Of a DNA stretch of 64,000 bases, positions 37,052-45,081 are shown in pieces. This stretch comes from an uncultured Burkholderiaceae bacterium. Lineage in GTDB: Bacteria; Pseudomonadota; Gammaproteobacteria; Burkholderiales; Burkholderiaceae_E. The notes under the pieces are model-generated. The model worked only from the letters and a program-made list of their open reading frames with translations. It did not search any database and was not told where the DNA came from. Made by a program: the position numbers and the translations under genes. Numbering within the stretch: position 1 is the stretch's first letter; every line of letters begins with the position of its first letter. The stretch lies in NCBI GenBank assembly GCA_964476625.1, contig CAYZBJ010000003.1, positions 26,802-90,801 of the forward strand, written 5' to 3'.

Positions 37052-37885
37052 ATGCTGCTGACACCCAAGGGATTCGAACCACGCCTGGACCTCGCGCTCG
37101 ACGACGACACCATCGTCCACCTCTTCGTGCGCGACCGACTGGTCCACAGCCTCGACGAGACCGGCGCGATGCGCTGGGCCCAGTACCGGGCCATGGGCTT
37201 TTCCGCCGAGCGGGTCCATTCGGTGGGCCGCTACGGGGGCCATGCCCATGTCGCGGTCGCCCTGTCCGACGACTTCCCGGTCGACCTGCTGCCGCCCGGC
37301 TGGAAGGCCGCCGGGCTGCGGCAATGGTTCGGCATGCTGGATGAACCGACCCTGTCGCTGGCGATGCGGGCAGTGCAGATCGTCGACTGGGACCGACTGC
37401 ACCGCTTCTGCGGCGCCTGCGGCACCCCGACGGAACTGCAGGGCAACGAGCGCTCGCGCCGCTGCCCGGACTGCGGGCTGATCGTGTACCCGCGGATCTC
37501 GCCGGCGATGATGGTGCTGGTCACCCGCGGCCGGCAACTGCTGCTCGGGCGCGGCGTGAACTTCGGCGCCGGCATGTACAGCGCGCTGGCCGGCTTCCTG
37601 GAAGCCGGCGAGACGATCGAGGACGCGGTACAGCGCGAGGTGCGCGAAGAAGTCGGGATCGAGGTCGACCAGCTGCGCTACTTCGGCAGCCAGAGCTGGC
37701 CCTTCCCGAACTCCCTGATGATCGCCTTTCGCGCCGAATACGTGAGTGGCGAACTGACGCCCGATCCGGCCGAGCTGGCCGATGCGCGCTGGTTCGATCC
37801 GGAAGACCTGCCCAAGCTGCCCGGGCGCTTCAGCATCGCGCGCGAACTCATCGACGACGCCCTGCGCGAACTGCGCGGCAGCTGA
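37052..37885 (+). CDS. nudC: NAD+ diphosphatase (NADH pyrophosphatase, Nudix)
   Basis: ATG 37052. It has the zinc ribbon FCGACG....C..C, the Nudix box GFLEAGETIEDAVQREVREEVG and the NudC signature SQSWPFPNS. Confidence 0.85.
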   Translation: MLLTPKGFEPRLDLALDDDTIVHLFVRDRLVHSLDETGAMRWAQYRAMGFSAERVHSVGRYGGHAHVAVALSDDFPVDLLPPGWKAAGLRQWFGMLDEPTLSLAMRAVQIVDWDRLHRFCGACGTPTELQGNERSRRCPDCGLIVYPRISPAMMVLVTRGRQLLLGRGVNFGAGMYSALAGFLEAGETIEDAVQREVREEVGIEVDQLRYFGSQSWPFPNSLMIAFRAEYVSGELTPDPAELADARWFDPEDLPKLPGRFSIARELIDDALRELRGS

Positions 37886-37998
37886 CCGCCGTCGAGGCGC
37901 GAATGCTCGCCACGTCGGCTGACATGGCGAGCACTCACAACGCTGGGCGGGGCCGTCCTGGCGTGACGAGCGGGCGTGGACGGCCCGTTCGCAGGCTC

Positions 37999-38535
37999 CT
38001 AGCTGCCGACCACCTTCAGCTTGTTCTCGACGGACAGCACGCCGTCGACCGCCTGGGCGAGCTTCTCGATTCGCATCGACTGCTCGGCGCTCGGCACTTC
38101 ACCCTCGAGGATCACCCGGCCATCGCTGGTGTCGACGTTGATGGCGAGACTGCGGACATCGTCCTCGGCCACCAGCGCCGATTTCACCTTGGCGGTGATC
38201 GCCGCGTCGCCAGCGGCAGACTGTGCGCTCTCGGTCGCGGACCGGGCCCGGTCACCGAGCGAGGGGCTCTGGTCGCCCTGCGCGGTGGTGGCCGGCGGCG
38301 GCATGCCGGGCGCAGCGCCCGGGACCGCGCCGGCGCGTTCGCCGGCGGTGGTGTCGGCCGAACCCGTGGCCGGATCCGCGGGCACCTGGCCGCTGGCGGG
38401 TCCGGCAGCCTGCGACGGCGGCTGGCCGGGGGCGGCCGCTCGATCGGCGCCATCCTGGTCGCAGGCGGCCAGTAACACGGCCGCCGAAACAGCCGCCGCG
38501 ATCAATCCGTGTTTTTTAAGTTGTTCGATCTGCAT
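37999..38535 (-). CDS. BON-domain lipoprotein (OsmY-like)
   Basis: ATG 38535 with an AAGGAG SD. It has the lipobox LLAAC, a low-complexity Pro/Ala linker and a C-terminal BON domain (AITAKVKSALV...VDTSDGRVILEGEV...VENKLKV). Confidence 0.8.
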   Translation of the reverse strand: MQIEQLKKHGLIAAAVSAAVLLAACDQDGADRAAAPGQPPSQAAGPASGQVPADPATGSADTTAGERAGAVPGAAPGMPPPATTAQGDQSPSLGDRARSATESAQSAAGDAAITAKVKSALVAEDDVRSLAINVDTSDGRVILEGEVPSAEQSMRIEKLAQAVDGVLSVENKLKVVGS

Positions 38536-38539
38536 GGCA

Positions 38540-38851
38540 TTACTCCTTCTCTGAATCGGGTGCCGGGCGGGCGGGCGTGGAAGTTTCCCCACTGGCTGGT
38601 TTGCCCTCGGCGTCCTCGTGCTTGCCTTTTGCTTCGGCGTCCTCATGCTGTGCCCGTTCGATGATCTCCTGCGCGCGGCCCCGCAGGTCCGTGTCGGTCC
38701 GGCCCGCGGCCAGATCGTCGTAGGCCCGCCGCCCGCTCGCACGGTCGGCGCCGGGCGCCATCGCGCCGGTCGATTCATCGCGTTCATGCGGCCCTTTCAG
38801 CGGCTTCTCGCCGACTTCCGGATTCGCATCCTCACGGGTCGAGCGGGTCAT
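38540..38851 (-). CDS. Small highly charged hydrophilic protein (stress-protein-like), function unknown
   Basis: 103-aa ORF ending 4 nt upstream of the BON gene. It has no SD of its own but is ATGA-coupled to a 15-codon upstream ORF that has a perfect SD. Confidence 0.5.
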   Translation of the reverse strand: MTRSTREDANPEVGEKPLKGPHERDESTGAMAPGADRASGRRAYDDLAAGRTDTDLRGRAQEIIERAQHEDAEAKGKHEDAEGKPASGETSTPARPAPDSEKE

Positions 38852-39039
38852 GGCGCCGCCCGGGCTCTTTCTTCCTTCACTGAACCGACTTGCATATGGG
38901 ACTCCTTGCTCTCGAAACCGGCCTGGTGCCGGTCACGAGCATGAGGTGCAGCATCCATGCCCGCCGCCACGATGCGTCGGCGCGCCGGTAAAAAGGACCG
39001 ACCGGGACCGGTCGAAAAGGGGCTATTGGCGAAACGCCG

Positions 39040-39255
39040 TATCATCCGGATTCGATTCGGGTTCCCGCCACGGCTGGCGGGTGAAAAGGGAAACAGGGCG
39101 CGCGGCCACCTCACCGCGCCAACCTGTGCTGCCCCCGCAACGGTAAGTCGGTGCGGGTGTTCCATGAGCGACGGCCACGACCGTCCCGGCCACTGCGCTA
39201 CGCGCGGGAAGGCGGAACACCAAGACCGACAAGCCCGGAGACCTGCCCGCATCAC
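39040..39255 (+). promoter_or_regulatory. Cobalamin (B12) riboswitch
   Basis: Conserved core elements occur in order: GGTTCCC, GGGTGAAAAGGGAAAC, CTGTGCTGCCCCCGCAACGGTAA, GGCCACTG...GGGAAGGCGG, and the B12 box AAGCCCGGAGACCTGCC (39231-39247). It lies upstream of a TonB-dependent receptor. Confidence 0.9.
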
Positions 39256-39381
39256 CAGGGACGATCGCGGGCGGCGGTGGCCTACGGACGCAGCTTGCCC
39301 CGCAGCGTTCCCGGCCTGGTCCATTCGCTTCGTCGATACCAATGCGCCTGCGGGACGGCAGGCCGAACAGGGAAGCGAACG

Positions 39382-41289
39382 ATGAATCTCGAACCATCCA
39401 CAGGCCGCCGGCCGATGCCGCGCGCCGGGTACCGCTACGCCACCTTGCCCGGGGCGTCATTGTCGATGGCGCTCTCGCTGTGCCTGCTGCCCGCGACAGC
39501 GGCGGCGCAAGCGCCGGGACCGAAACAGCTCGAGCCGGTGGTGGTCAGCGCCAGCGGCTTCGCGCAGCCGCTGGCCGATGCGATCCCCAACACATCGGTG
39601 CATACCCGCGAGGACATCGCGCGCGCCGGCCACACCGACCTCGCCGACCTGCTTGCGGCCACGGCCGGGATCGACCTGGTGCGCAGTGGCGGCGCCGGTA
39701 GCCTGACCTCGACCTTCATGCGCGGCGCCGAAGCGCGCCAGACGCTGGTCCTGATCGACGGCGTACGGATCGAATCGGGCACCACCGGCACCACGCGGAT
39801 CGAGAACCTGATGCTCGACCAGGTCGAGCGCGTCGAAGTGGTGCGCGGCAACGTATCGGCGCTCTATGGCTCGGCCGCCGTCGGCGGCGTGGTGCAGATC
39901 TTCACCCGGCGCGGCGAAGGGCCGCCGCGGGGCAACGCCTCGATCGGCTTCGGCTCGCGCGGCGAGGAACGCGCATCGGTAGGCTCTTCGGGCGTGTTCG
40001 GCGTCGACGGCGCCACCGACTATTCGCTGCAGGCGAGCCGTCATCGCACCGACGGCAAGTCGTCGATCGACACCCGCCTGCTGCCCAGCGCCGACCCGGA
40101 CCGCGACGGCTTTCGCAACACCAGCCTCACCGGCTCGCTCGGCCATCGCCTGTCGGCGCGCCACCGGATCGGCGCGCGCATCTACTGGAGCGAGTCGCAG
40201 GTCGACCTCGACGACTCCTTCATGGTCGGCCCGGCCAGTGTCGAGCGGCAGGAGTCGCGGCTGACGGTCGCCTCCGCCTGGTGGGAGGCGCGACCCACGA
40301 CGCGCTGGCGCTCGACCCTGCGCGCGAGCATCGTCGATGAGCGCTCGCTCAGCCGCTACGCCTCGGGCGCCGAGGATCCCTTCGACACCCGTCGCAACGA
40401 GCTCGAGTGGAGGAACGAACTCGCCGTGGGCCCCGGCATGCTGAGCCTGGGCCTGGCCAGCGTGCACGAGCGGATCGCGACGAGCATCGCCTACGATCGC
40501 GACCATCGCAACAGCCAGAGCGCCTTCGCCGCCTATGCGCTCAAGGCCGGCCCCCACCAGGCCGAGCTGGCCCTGCGCTACGACGACTATTCCGACGTCG
40601 GCGATGCCACCACCGGGTCGATCGGCTATGGCTACGCGTTCAGCGAGCAGTGGCGGCTGTTCGGCCGGGCCGCGACCGCATTCAATGCGCCCACCTTCAA
40701 CCACCTCTTCTATCCGGGCTTCAGCAATCCCGACCTCGACCCGGAACGCGCCCGTTCGATCGAGCTCGGCATCCAGTACCAACGCGAAGCCGTCCTGCTG
40801 CGGGCAACCGCCTTTCGCACCCGCTACACCGACATGATCGATTCGCCGCCGCCGACCTTTCTGCCCAGCAACGTGGCGAGCGCGCAGGCGCAGGGGCTCG
40901 AACTGTCGGCCAGCGGCATCGTGCACGGCTGGCGCATGGCGGCCAACGCGACCTTCCAGTCGCCGACCAACCGCCAGACCGGTGAAACCCTGCTGCGCCG
41001 GGCCAAGCGCTTCGGCGCACTCGATGTGTCGCGCAGTTTCGGCGCCTGGGACGCCGGCGCCGACCTCGCCTGGGGCGGTTCGCGACGCGACTTCCGGATC
41101 GACACCTTCGCGCCGATCATGCTCGAGAGCCGCGCCCGCCTCGGGTTGCGCCTGCAACGCGAGATCTTCGCCGACACCAGCGTCGTGATGCGCCTGGACA
41201 ACGTGACCGACGACGATACCCCGACCGCCCATGGCTATCTCCCCACGGGCCGCAGCTTCTTCGTGATGCTGCGCTGGCAGCCCTCCTGA
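39382..41289 (+). CDS. btuB: TonB-dependent vitamin B12 receptor
   Basis: ATG 39382 (alternative 39415). It has a signal peptide, the TonB box LEPVVVSAS, the plug motifs RGAEARQTLVLIDGVR and VEVVRG and an aromatic C-terminus, and is preceded by the B12 riboswitch. Confidence 0.85.
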   Translation: MNLEPSTGRRPMPRAGYRYATLPGASLSMALSLCLLPATAAAQAPGPKQLEPVVVSASGFAQPLADAIPNTSVHTREDIARAGHTDLADLLAATAGIDLVRSGGAGSLTSTFMRGAEARQTLVLIDGVRIESGTTGTTRIENLMLDQVERVEVVRGNVSALYGSAAVGGVVQIFTRRGEGPPRGNASIGFGSRGEERASVGSSGVFGVDGATDYSLQASRHRTDGKSSIDTRLLPSADPDRDGFRNTSLTGSLGHRLSARHRIGARIYWSESQVDLDDSFMVGPASVERQESRLTVASAWWEARPTTRWRSTLRASIVDERSLSRYASGAEDPFDTRRNELEWRNELAVGPGMLSLGLASVHERIATSIAYDRDHRNSQSAFAAYALKAGPHQAELALRYDDYSDVGDATTGSIGYGYAFSEQWRLFGRAATAFNAPTFNHLFYPGFSNPDLDPERARSIELGIQYQREAVLLRATAFRTRYTDMIDSPPPTFLPSNVASAQAQGLELSASGIVHGWRMAANATFQSPTNRQTGETLLRRAKRFGALDVSRSFGAWDAGADLAWGGSRRDFRIDTFAPIMLESRARLGLRLQREIFADTSVVMRLDNVTDDDTPTAHGYLPTGRSFFVMLRWQPS

Positions 41290-41293
41290 GCCC

Positions 41294-42292
41294 ATGCGGC
41301 GGGCCCCCCGATTCGCCTGGCCCCTGCTCGCGCTCGTCGCGCTGCTCGGGCTCGGCCTCGCGGGGGCCTGCGGCAGCGGGGGCTGCTCCCCGGCCATGTG
41401 GGGGTGGTGGGCCGACGGCGCCGACCCCCTGGCCCGCGAACTCGTCCTCGGGCTGCGCCTGCCGCGGGCGGCGGCCGGTTTCGCGGTCGGCGGCCTGCTC
41501 GCACTCGCCGGGGCACTGCTGCAGGTCCTGCTGCGCAATCCGCTCGCCGATCCATGGGTGCTCGGTGTCTCCGGCGGCGGCGCGCTCGGCGCGGTCCTCG
41601 CCATGTGGGCCGGCGCCGGCGCCGCGCTGGTCACCGGCGCGGCCTGGATCGGCGCGGCGGTCTCGACCCTGCTGCTGTTCGCCATCGGCGCGGGCAGCGC
41701 GAACCGGGGGCTGGCGCACGGCGCGGTCGCGCCGCTGCGCATCCTGCTCACCGGCGTCATGCTCGCCTCCGGCTGGGGGGCGCTGCTCACCCTGGTCCTG
41801 AGCCTCGCCCCCGACGCCCGGCTGCGCGGCATGCTCTTCTGGCTGATCGGCGACCTCGCCGGCGCCGATGCCTGGCTGGCGCCGGCGCTCGCCCTGGCCA
41901 TCGGCCTGGTGGTGGCGATGCGGCTCGCCCCCGCGCTCAACCTGATGCTGCTCGGCGATGCGCGCGCCTTCTCGCTCGGCGTCCATGTCAACCGGCTCCG
42001 GCTGGCGACCTGCCTGCTGGCGGCACTCGCCGCCGGCTTCGCGGTGACCACCGCCGGCGCGGTCGGCTTCGTCGGCCTGATCGTGCCGCATTCGCTGCGC
42101 CTCGTGCTCGGCAACGACCAGCGCGGCCTGCTGCCTGCCTGCGTGATCGCCGGCGGCACCCTCGTCGTGCTCGCCGACACCCTGGCCCGGACCATCGTCG
42201 CCCCGATCCAGCTGCCGGTCGGCGCGATCGTCTCCCTGGTCGGCGTGCCGGTGTTCCTGATGCTGCTCGTGCGCAGCCGGGCCCTGCGATGA
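41294..42292 (+). CDS. btuC: FecCD-family ABC permease (B12 import)
   Basis: 332-aa polytopic protein of the FecCD type (LRLPR, GAGLA..GALLQ.LLRNPLADP, GF.GLIVPH..R). Confidence 0.75.
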   Translation: MRRAPRFAWPLLALVALLGLGLAGACGSGGCSPAMWGWWADGADPLARELVLGLRLPRAAAGFAVGGLLALAGALLQVLLRNPLADPWVLGVSGGGALGAVLAMWAGAGAALVTGAAWIGAAVSTLLLFAIGAGSANRGLAHGAVAPLRILLTGVMLASGWGALLTLVLSLAPDARLRGMLFWLIGDLAGADAWLAPALALAIGLVVAMRLAPALNLMLLGDARAFSLGVHVNRLRLATCLLAALAAGFAVTTAGAVGFVGLIVPHSLRLVLGNDQRGLLPACVIAGGTLVVLADTLARTIVAPIQLPVGAIVSLVGVPVFLMLLVRSRALR

Positions 42293-43083
42293 GCCGGGCC
42301 GGCCCGCTCATCGAATGGCGCGACGCCGTGGTGCACGCGCCCGACGGCCGGCGCCTGTTCGGCCCCTTCGACTGGGTGGTCGAACCCGGCGAGTTCTGGT
42401 GCCTGGTCGGCGCAAACGGCGCCGGCAAGAGCAGCCTCGTGGGCACCGTCGCCGGCCTGGTCACGCCGCCCGACGGGCGCCTGCGGATCGCCGGGCGCCC
42501 GATCGAGCGCTGCGACATCGCCACCCTCGCCAGGCTGCGCGGCCTGCTGCCGCAGTCCTTCGAAGCGCCCTTCGGGCTCGACGCCCTGCAGACCGTGATG
42601 CTCGCCCGCGACCCGCGCAAGCGCCGCTGGCTGCGCGACGCGCCGGCCGATCGCAAGGCAGCGCTGGCGGCGCTCGCGCGGTTCGACGTCGAGGAACTCG
42701 CCGGGCGCGACATGGGCACGCTGTCGGGCGGCGAGCGCCAGCGGGTCGGGCTTGCCTCGCTGCTCGCGCAGCAGCCGATGCTCTACCTGCTCGACGAGCC
42801 CCTCGCCCATCTCGACCTGCGCCACCAGGTCGATGCGATGCGCCTGTTCGCCCGGCTCGTCGCGGCCGAACCGGTGGCGGTCGTCGCGGCGATCCACGAT
42901 GTGTCGCTCGCGGCCCGCCACGCCACCCATGCCCTGCTGATCGGCAGCAAGGGGGAGGTCCACGCGGGCCCCGTCGACGCGGTGCTCGAACCCGAAGCGG
43001 TCTCGGATGCGCTCGGCTTCACGGTCCGGCGCATCCTCGTCGATGGCGCGCCGACCTATGTGCCGGCCGGTGATACGCCATGA
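42289..43083 (+). CDS. btuD: ABC transporter ATP-binding protein (B12 import)
   Basis: ATG 42289 overlaps the btuC stop (ATGA). It has Walker A GANGAGKSS, the signature LSGGERQRV and Walker B LYLLDEP. Confidence 0.8.
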   Translation: MSRAGPLIEWRDAVVHAPDGRRLFGPFDWVVEPGEFWCLVGANGAGKSSLVGTVAGLVTPPDGRLRIAGRPIERCDIATLARLRGLLPQSFEAPFGLDALQTVMLARDPRKRRWLRDAPADRKAALAALARFDVEELAGRDMGTLSGGERQRVGLASLLAQQPMLYLLDEPLAHLDLRHQVDAMRLFARLVAAEPVAVVAAIHDVSLAARHATHALLIGSKGEVHAGPVDAVLEPEAVSDALGFTVRRILVDGAPTYVPAGDTP

Positions 43084-44024
43084 ACAGGCCTGGCCGCCGG
43101 CAAGGCCTGCTTGCCCAGCTGGCCACGGCCGCCATGGCAGGCGCCGCGATCGCCCTGGCCGCGTTGGCGGCAACCCCGGCCCTCGCGGCGGCGCCGCGGA
43201 CCGACGCCGGGGCGGTGAGGGTGGCCGGCGCCGGCGGCACGATCACGACGCTCGCCGGGCCGGCACGGCGCATCGTCAGCCTCGCGCCGCACCTCACCGA
43301 ACTGCTGTTCGCCGCCGGCGCCGGCGACCGGGTGGTCGGCGCGAGCGCCTGGAGCGACCACCCGCCGGCGGCCCGGGCGATCGAACGGATCGGCGACAGC
43401 CACGCCTTCGACATCGAGCGCATCCTCGCCCTGCGCCCCGACCTGGTCGTCGCCTGGGACGCCGGCAACGCCCCTCGCCACATCGCGCAATTGCGCCGGC
43501 TCGGGATCCCGATCCATCTCGAGGGCGCCGAGCGACTCGACGACATCGGCGCGGCGATCGAACGCCTCGGCCGGCTGGCCGGCACCGAGGCGGCAGCCAG
43601 CGAAGCGGCGAGCCGCTACCGACAGCGGCTCGCCGGGTTGCGGGCGCGCCACGCCGGCCTCGCGCCGGTGCGCGTCTTCCATCAGGTCTGGGACGAGCCC
43701 CTCATGACCATCAATGGCCGGCATCCGGTCAGCGACCTGATCGCGGCCTGCGGCGGCGAGAACGTCTTCGCCAGCTCGCCGGCGCTGGTGCCGCTGGTAT
43801 CGCGCGAGGCGGTCCTGCGGGCAGCGCCGGCCGTCATGACCGCCGCCGATGCCGATGACGGCAGCGACCCCTTCACCGCCTGGCGACGCTGGCCGATGCT
43901 GCCGGCAGTCGCCGCCGGCCTGCTCGTCGGCCTGCCGGCCGATGCGATCAGCCGGCTCTCGCCACGGCTGCTCGATGCCGCCGAACCGCTGTGCAAGGCG
44001 ATCGCGACAGCCCGCCGGAAATGA
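43080..44024 (+). CDS. btuF: Periplasmic cobalamin-binding protein
   Basis: ATG 43080 overlaps the btuD stop. It has a signal peptide, and the segment RIVSLAPHLTELLFA.GAGDRVVG is typical of BtuF/class 8 binding proteins. Confidence 0.7.
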   Translation: MNRPGRRQGLLAQLATAAMAGAAIALAALAATPALAAAPRTDAGAVRVAGAGGTITTLAGPARRIVSLAPHLTELLFAAGAGDRVVGASAWSDHPPAARAIERIGDSHAFDIERILALRPDLVVAWDAGNAPRHIAQLRRLGIPIHLEGAERLDDIGAAIERLGRLAGTEAAASEAASRYRQRLAGLRARHAGLAPVRVFHQVWDEPLMTINGRHPVSDLIAACGGENVFASSPALVPLVSREAVLRAAPAVMTAADADDGSDPFTAWRRWPMLPAVAAGLLVGLPADAISRLSPRLLDAAEPLCKAIATARRK

Positions 44025-44120
44025 AACACTCCCGCGCTCGCTTCGGGCGGCGGGGCGCCACTGAGCCGATGCGGTATCGTCGGGCATCGATCACTCGTCT
44101 CGACACCCGCGGGAGACTTC

Positions 44121-44744
44121 ATGAGCCTGACCCTGTACGGCGTAGCGGCTTCGCGCGCCGCCCGCCCCCTCTGGATGCTGGAAGAGCTGGCGGCCCCCTA
44201 CGATCATGTGAACACTCACTACCTCGGAGGCGAAAGCCGTCAGCCGGACTTCCTCGCGCTCAATCCCAATGGGCGGATTCCGGTGCTGGTCGATGGCGAT
44301 GTCGTCGTCTGGGAGTCGATGGCGATCAACCTGTACCTCGCGCGCCGTTTCGGCGGGCCGCTGGCCGCGGCCGACCTCGCCGAGGAAGCCGGCCTGCTGC
44401 GCTGGAGCTTCTGGGCGATGACCGAATGCGAGAAGGATGCCCTCGCGATCCTGTTCCATCGCTTCGCCCTGCCCCCGGAGCAGCGCAAGCCGGCGCTTGC
44501 CGATGCAGCGGAAAAGGCGCTCGCGCGCCCCTACGGGGTTCTCGAGCAGGCGCTCGAGGGCCATGAATACCTGGTCGGCGACCGCTTCACCGTCGCCGAC
44601 CTCAACGTTGCGGCGGTGCTCTCCTGGGCGGCCGGCGCCCCACAGCTCGGCGCAAGCCATCCGGGGGTCCGCGACTGGCTCAGGCGCTGCCTCGGCCGCC
44701 CCGCCCAGAAAAAGGTGCGGGACATGGCCCGTGCAGGGCATTGA
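44121..44744 (+). CDS. Glutathione S-transferase
   Basis: GGGAGA SD. The N-terminal thioredoxin-like part has NPNGRIPVLVDGD.V.WES.AI..YL, followed by a C-terminal helical GST domain. Confidence 0.85.
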   Translation: MSLTLYGVAASRAARPLWMLEELAAPYDHVNTHYLGGESRQPDFLALNPNGRIPVLVDGDVVVWESMAINLYLARRFGGPLAAADLAEEAGLLRWSFWAMTECEKDALAILFHRFALPPEQRKPALADAAEKALARPYGVLEQALEGHEYLVGDRFTVADLNVAAVLSWAAGAPQLGASHPGVRDWLRRCLGRPAQKKVRDMARAGH

Positions 44745-44756
44745 CCACCGTACGCC

Positions 44757-44787
44757 GGAAGAAAAGCGCCCGGCACGAAGCCGGGCG
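44757..44787 (-). terminator. Rho-independent terminator, functional orientation on the minus strand
   Basis: 8-bp GC stem CGCCCGGC / GCCGGGCG (44767-44774 pairing with 44780-44787) with a 5-nt loop. On the minus strand it is followed by CTTTTCTTCC; on the plus strand no T-run follows. Confidence 0.55.
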
Positions 44788-45081
44788 GAGACTGCGGCTC
44801 ACGGGGGATTGGCCGCAGGGGAGGAGACTGAGAAACTGTCCCGGCACGACACGGGGGATGCGCTGCACCGGAACCGTCCCGATGGCTGCCGATAATCGCC
44901 GTCGACTGCCACCATCGACCAATCCGCAGAATCCATGCCCGTGATCGCCGGCCAATCCCCGGTCATCGGCCGGCCAATATTTCCGCTCCAGGACATCCGT
45001 GCCGGCCCGGGCACCGGGTTTGCGATGGCAGCTGCATCCGAGGCCTCGGGGGCTAGCCCGCCGAGGGCCTGCCCGCACAAG

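Noticed and set aside
37905-37986. Two GC hairpins (37905-37932 and 37950-37986) between convergent nudC and the BON gene, considered as terminators
   Set aside because: The loops are 12 and 19 nt and there is no adjacent U-run on either strand, so the evidence is insufficient to call intrinsic terminators.
39457-43173. 1238-aa minus-strand ORF spanning the btu operon
   Set aside because: It is antisense to four motif-supported genes preceded by a riboswitch. It is low-complexity R/A/G/P-rich with no domain signatures.
44799-44966. 55-aa minus-strand ORF (MTGDWPAITGMDSADW...) upstream of the minus-strand terminator
   Set aside because: It has no Shine-Dalgarno sequence, GC3 of about 75% (below neighbouring genes by eye) and atypical codon choice. 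A non-coding RNA interpretation is preferred, but the ORF is not excluded.
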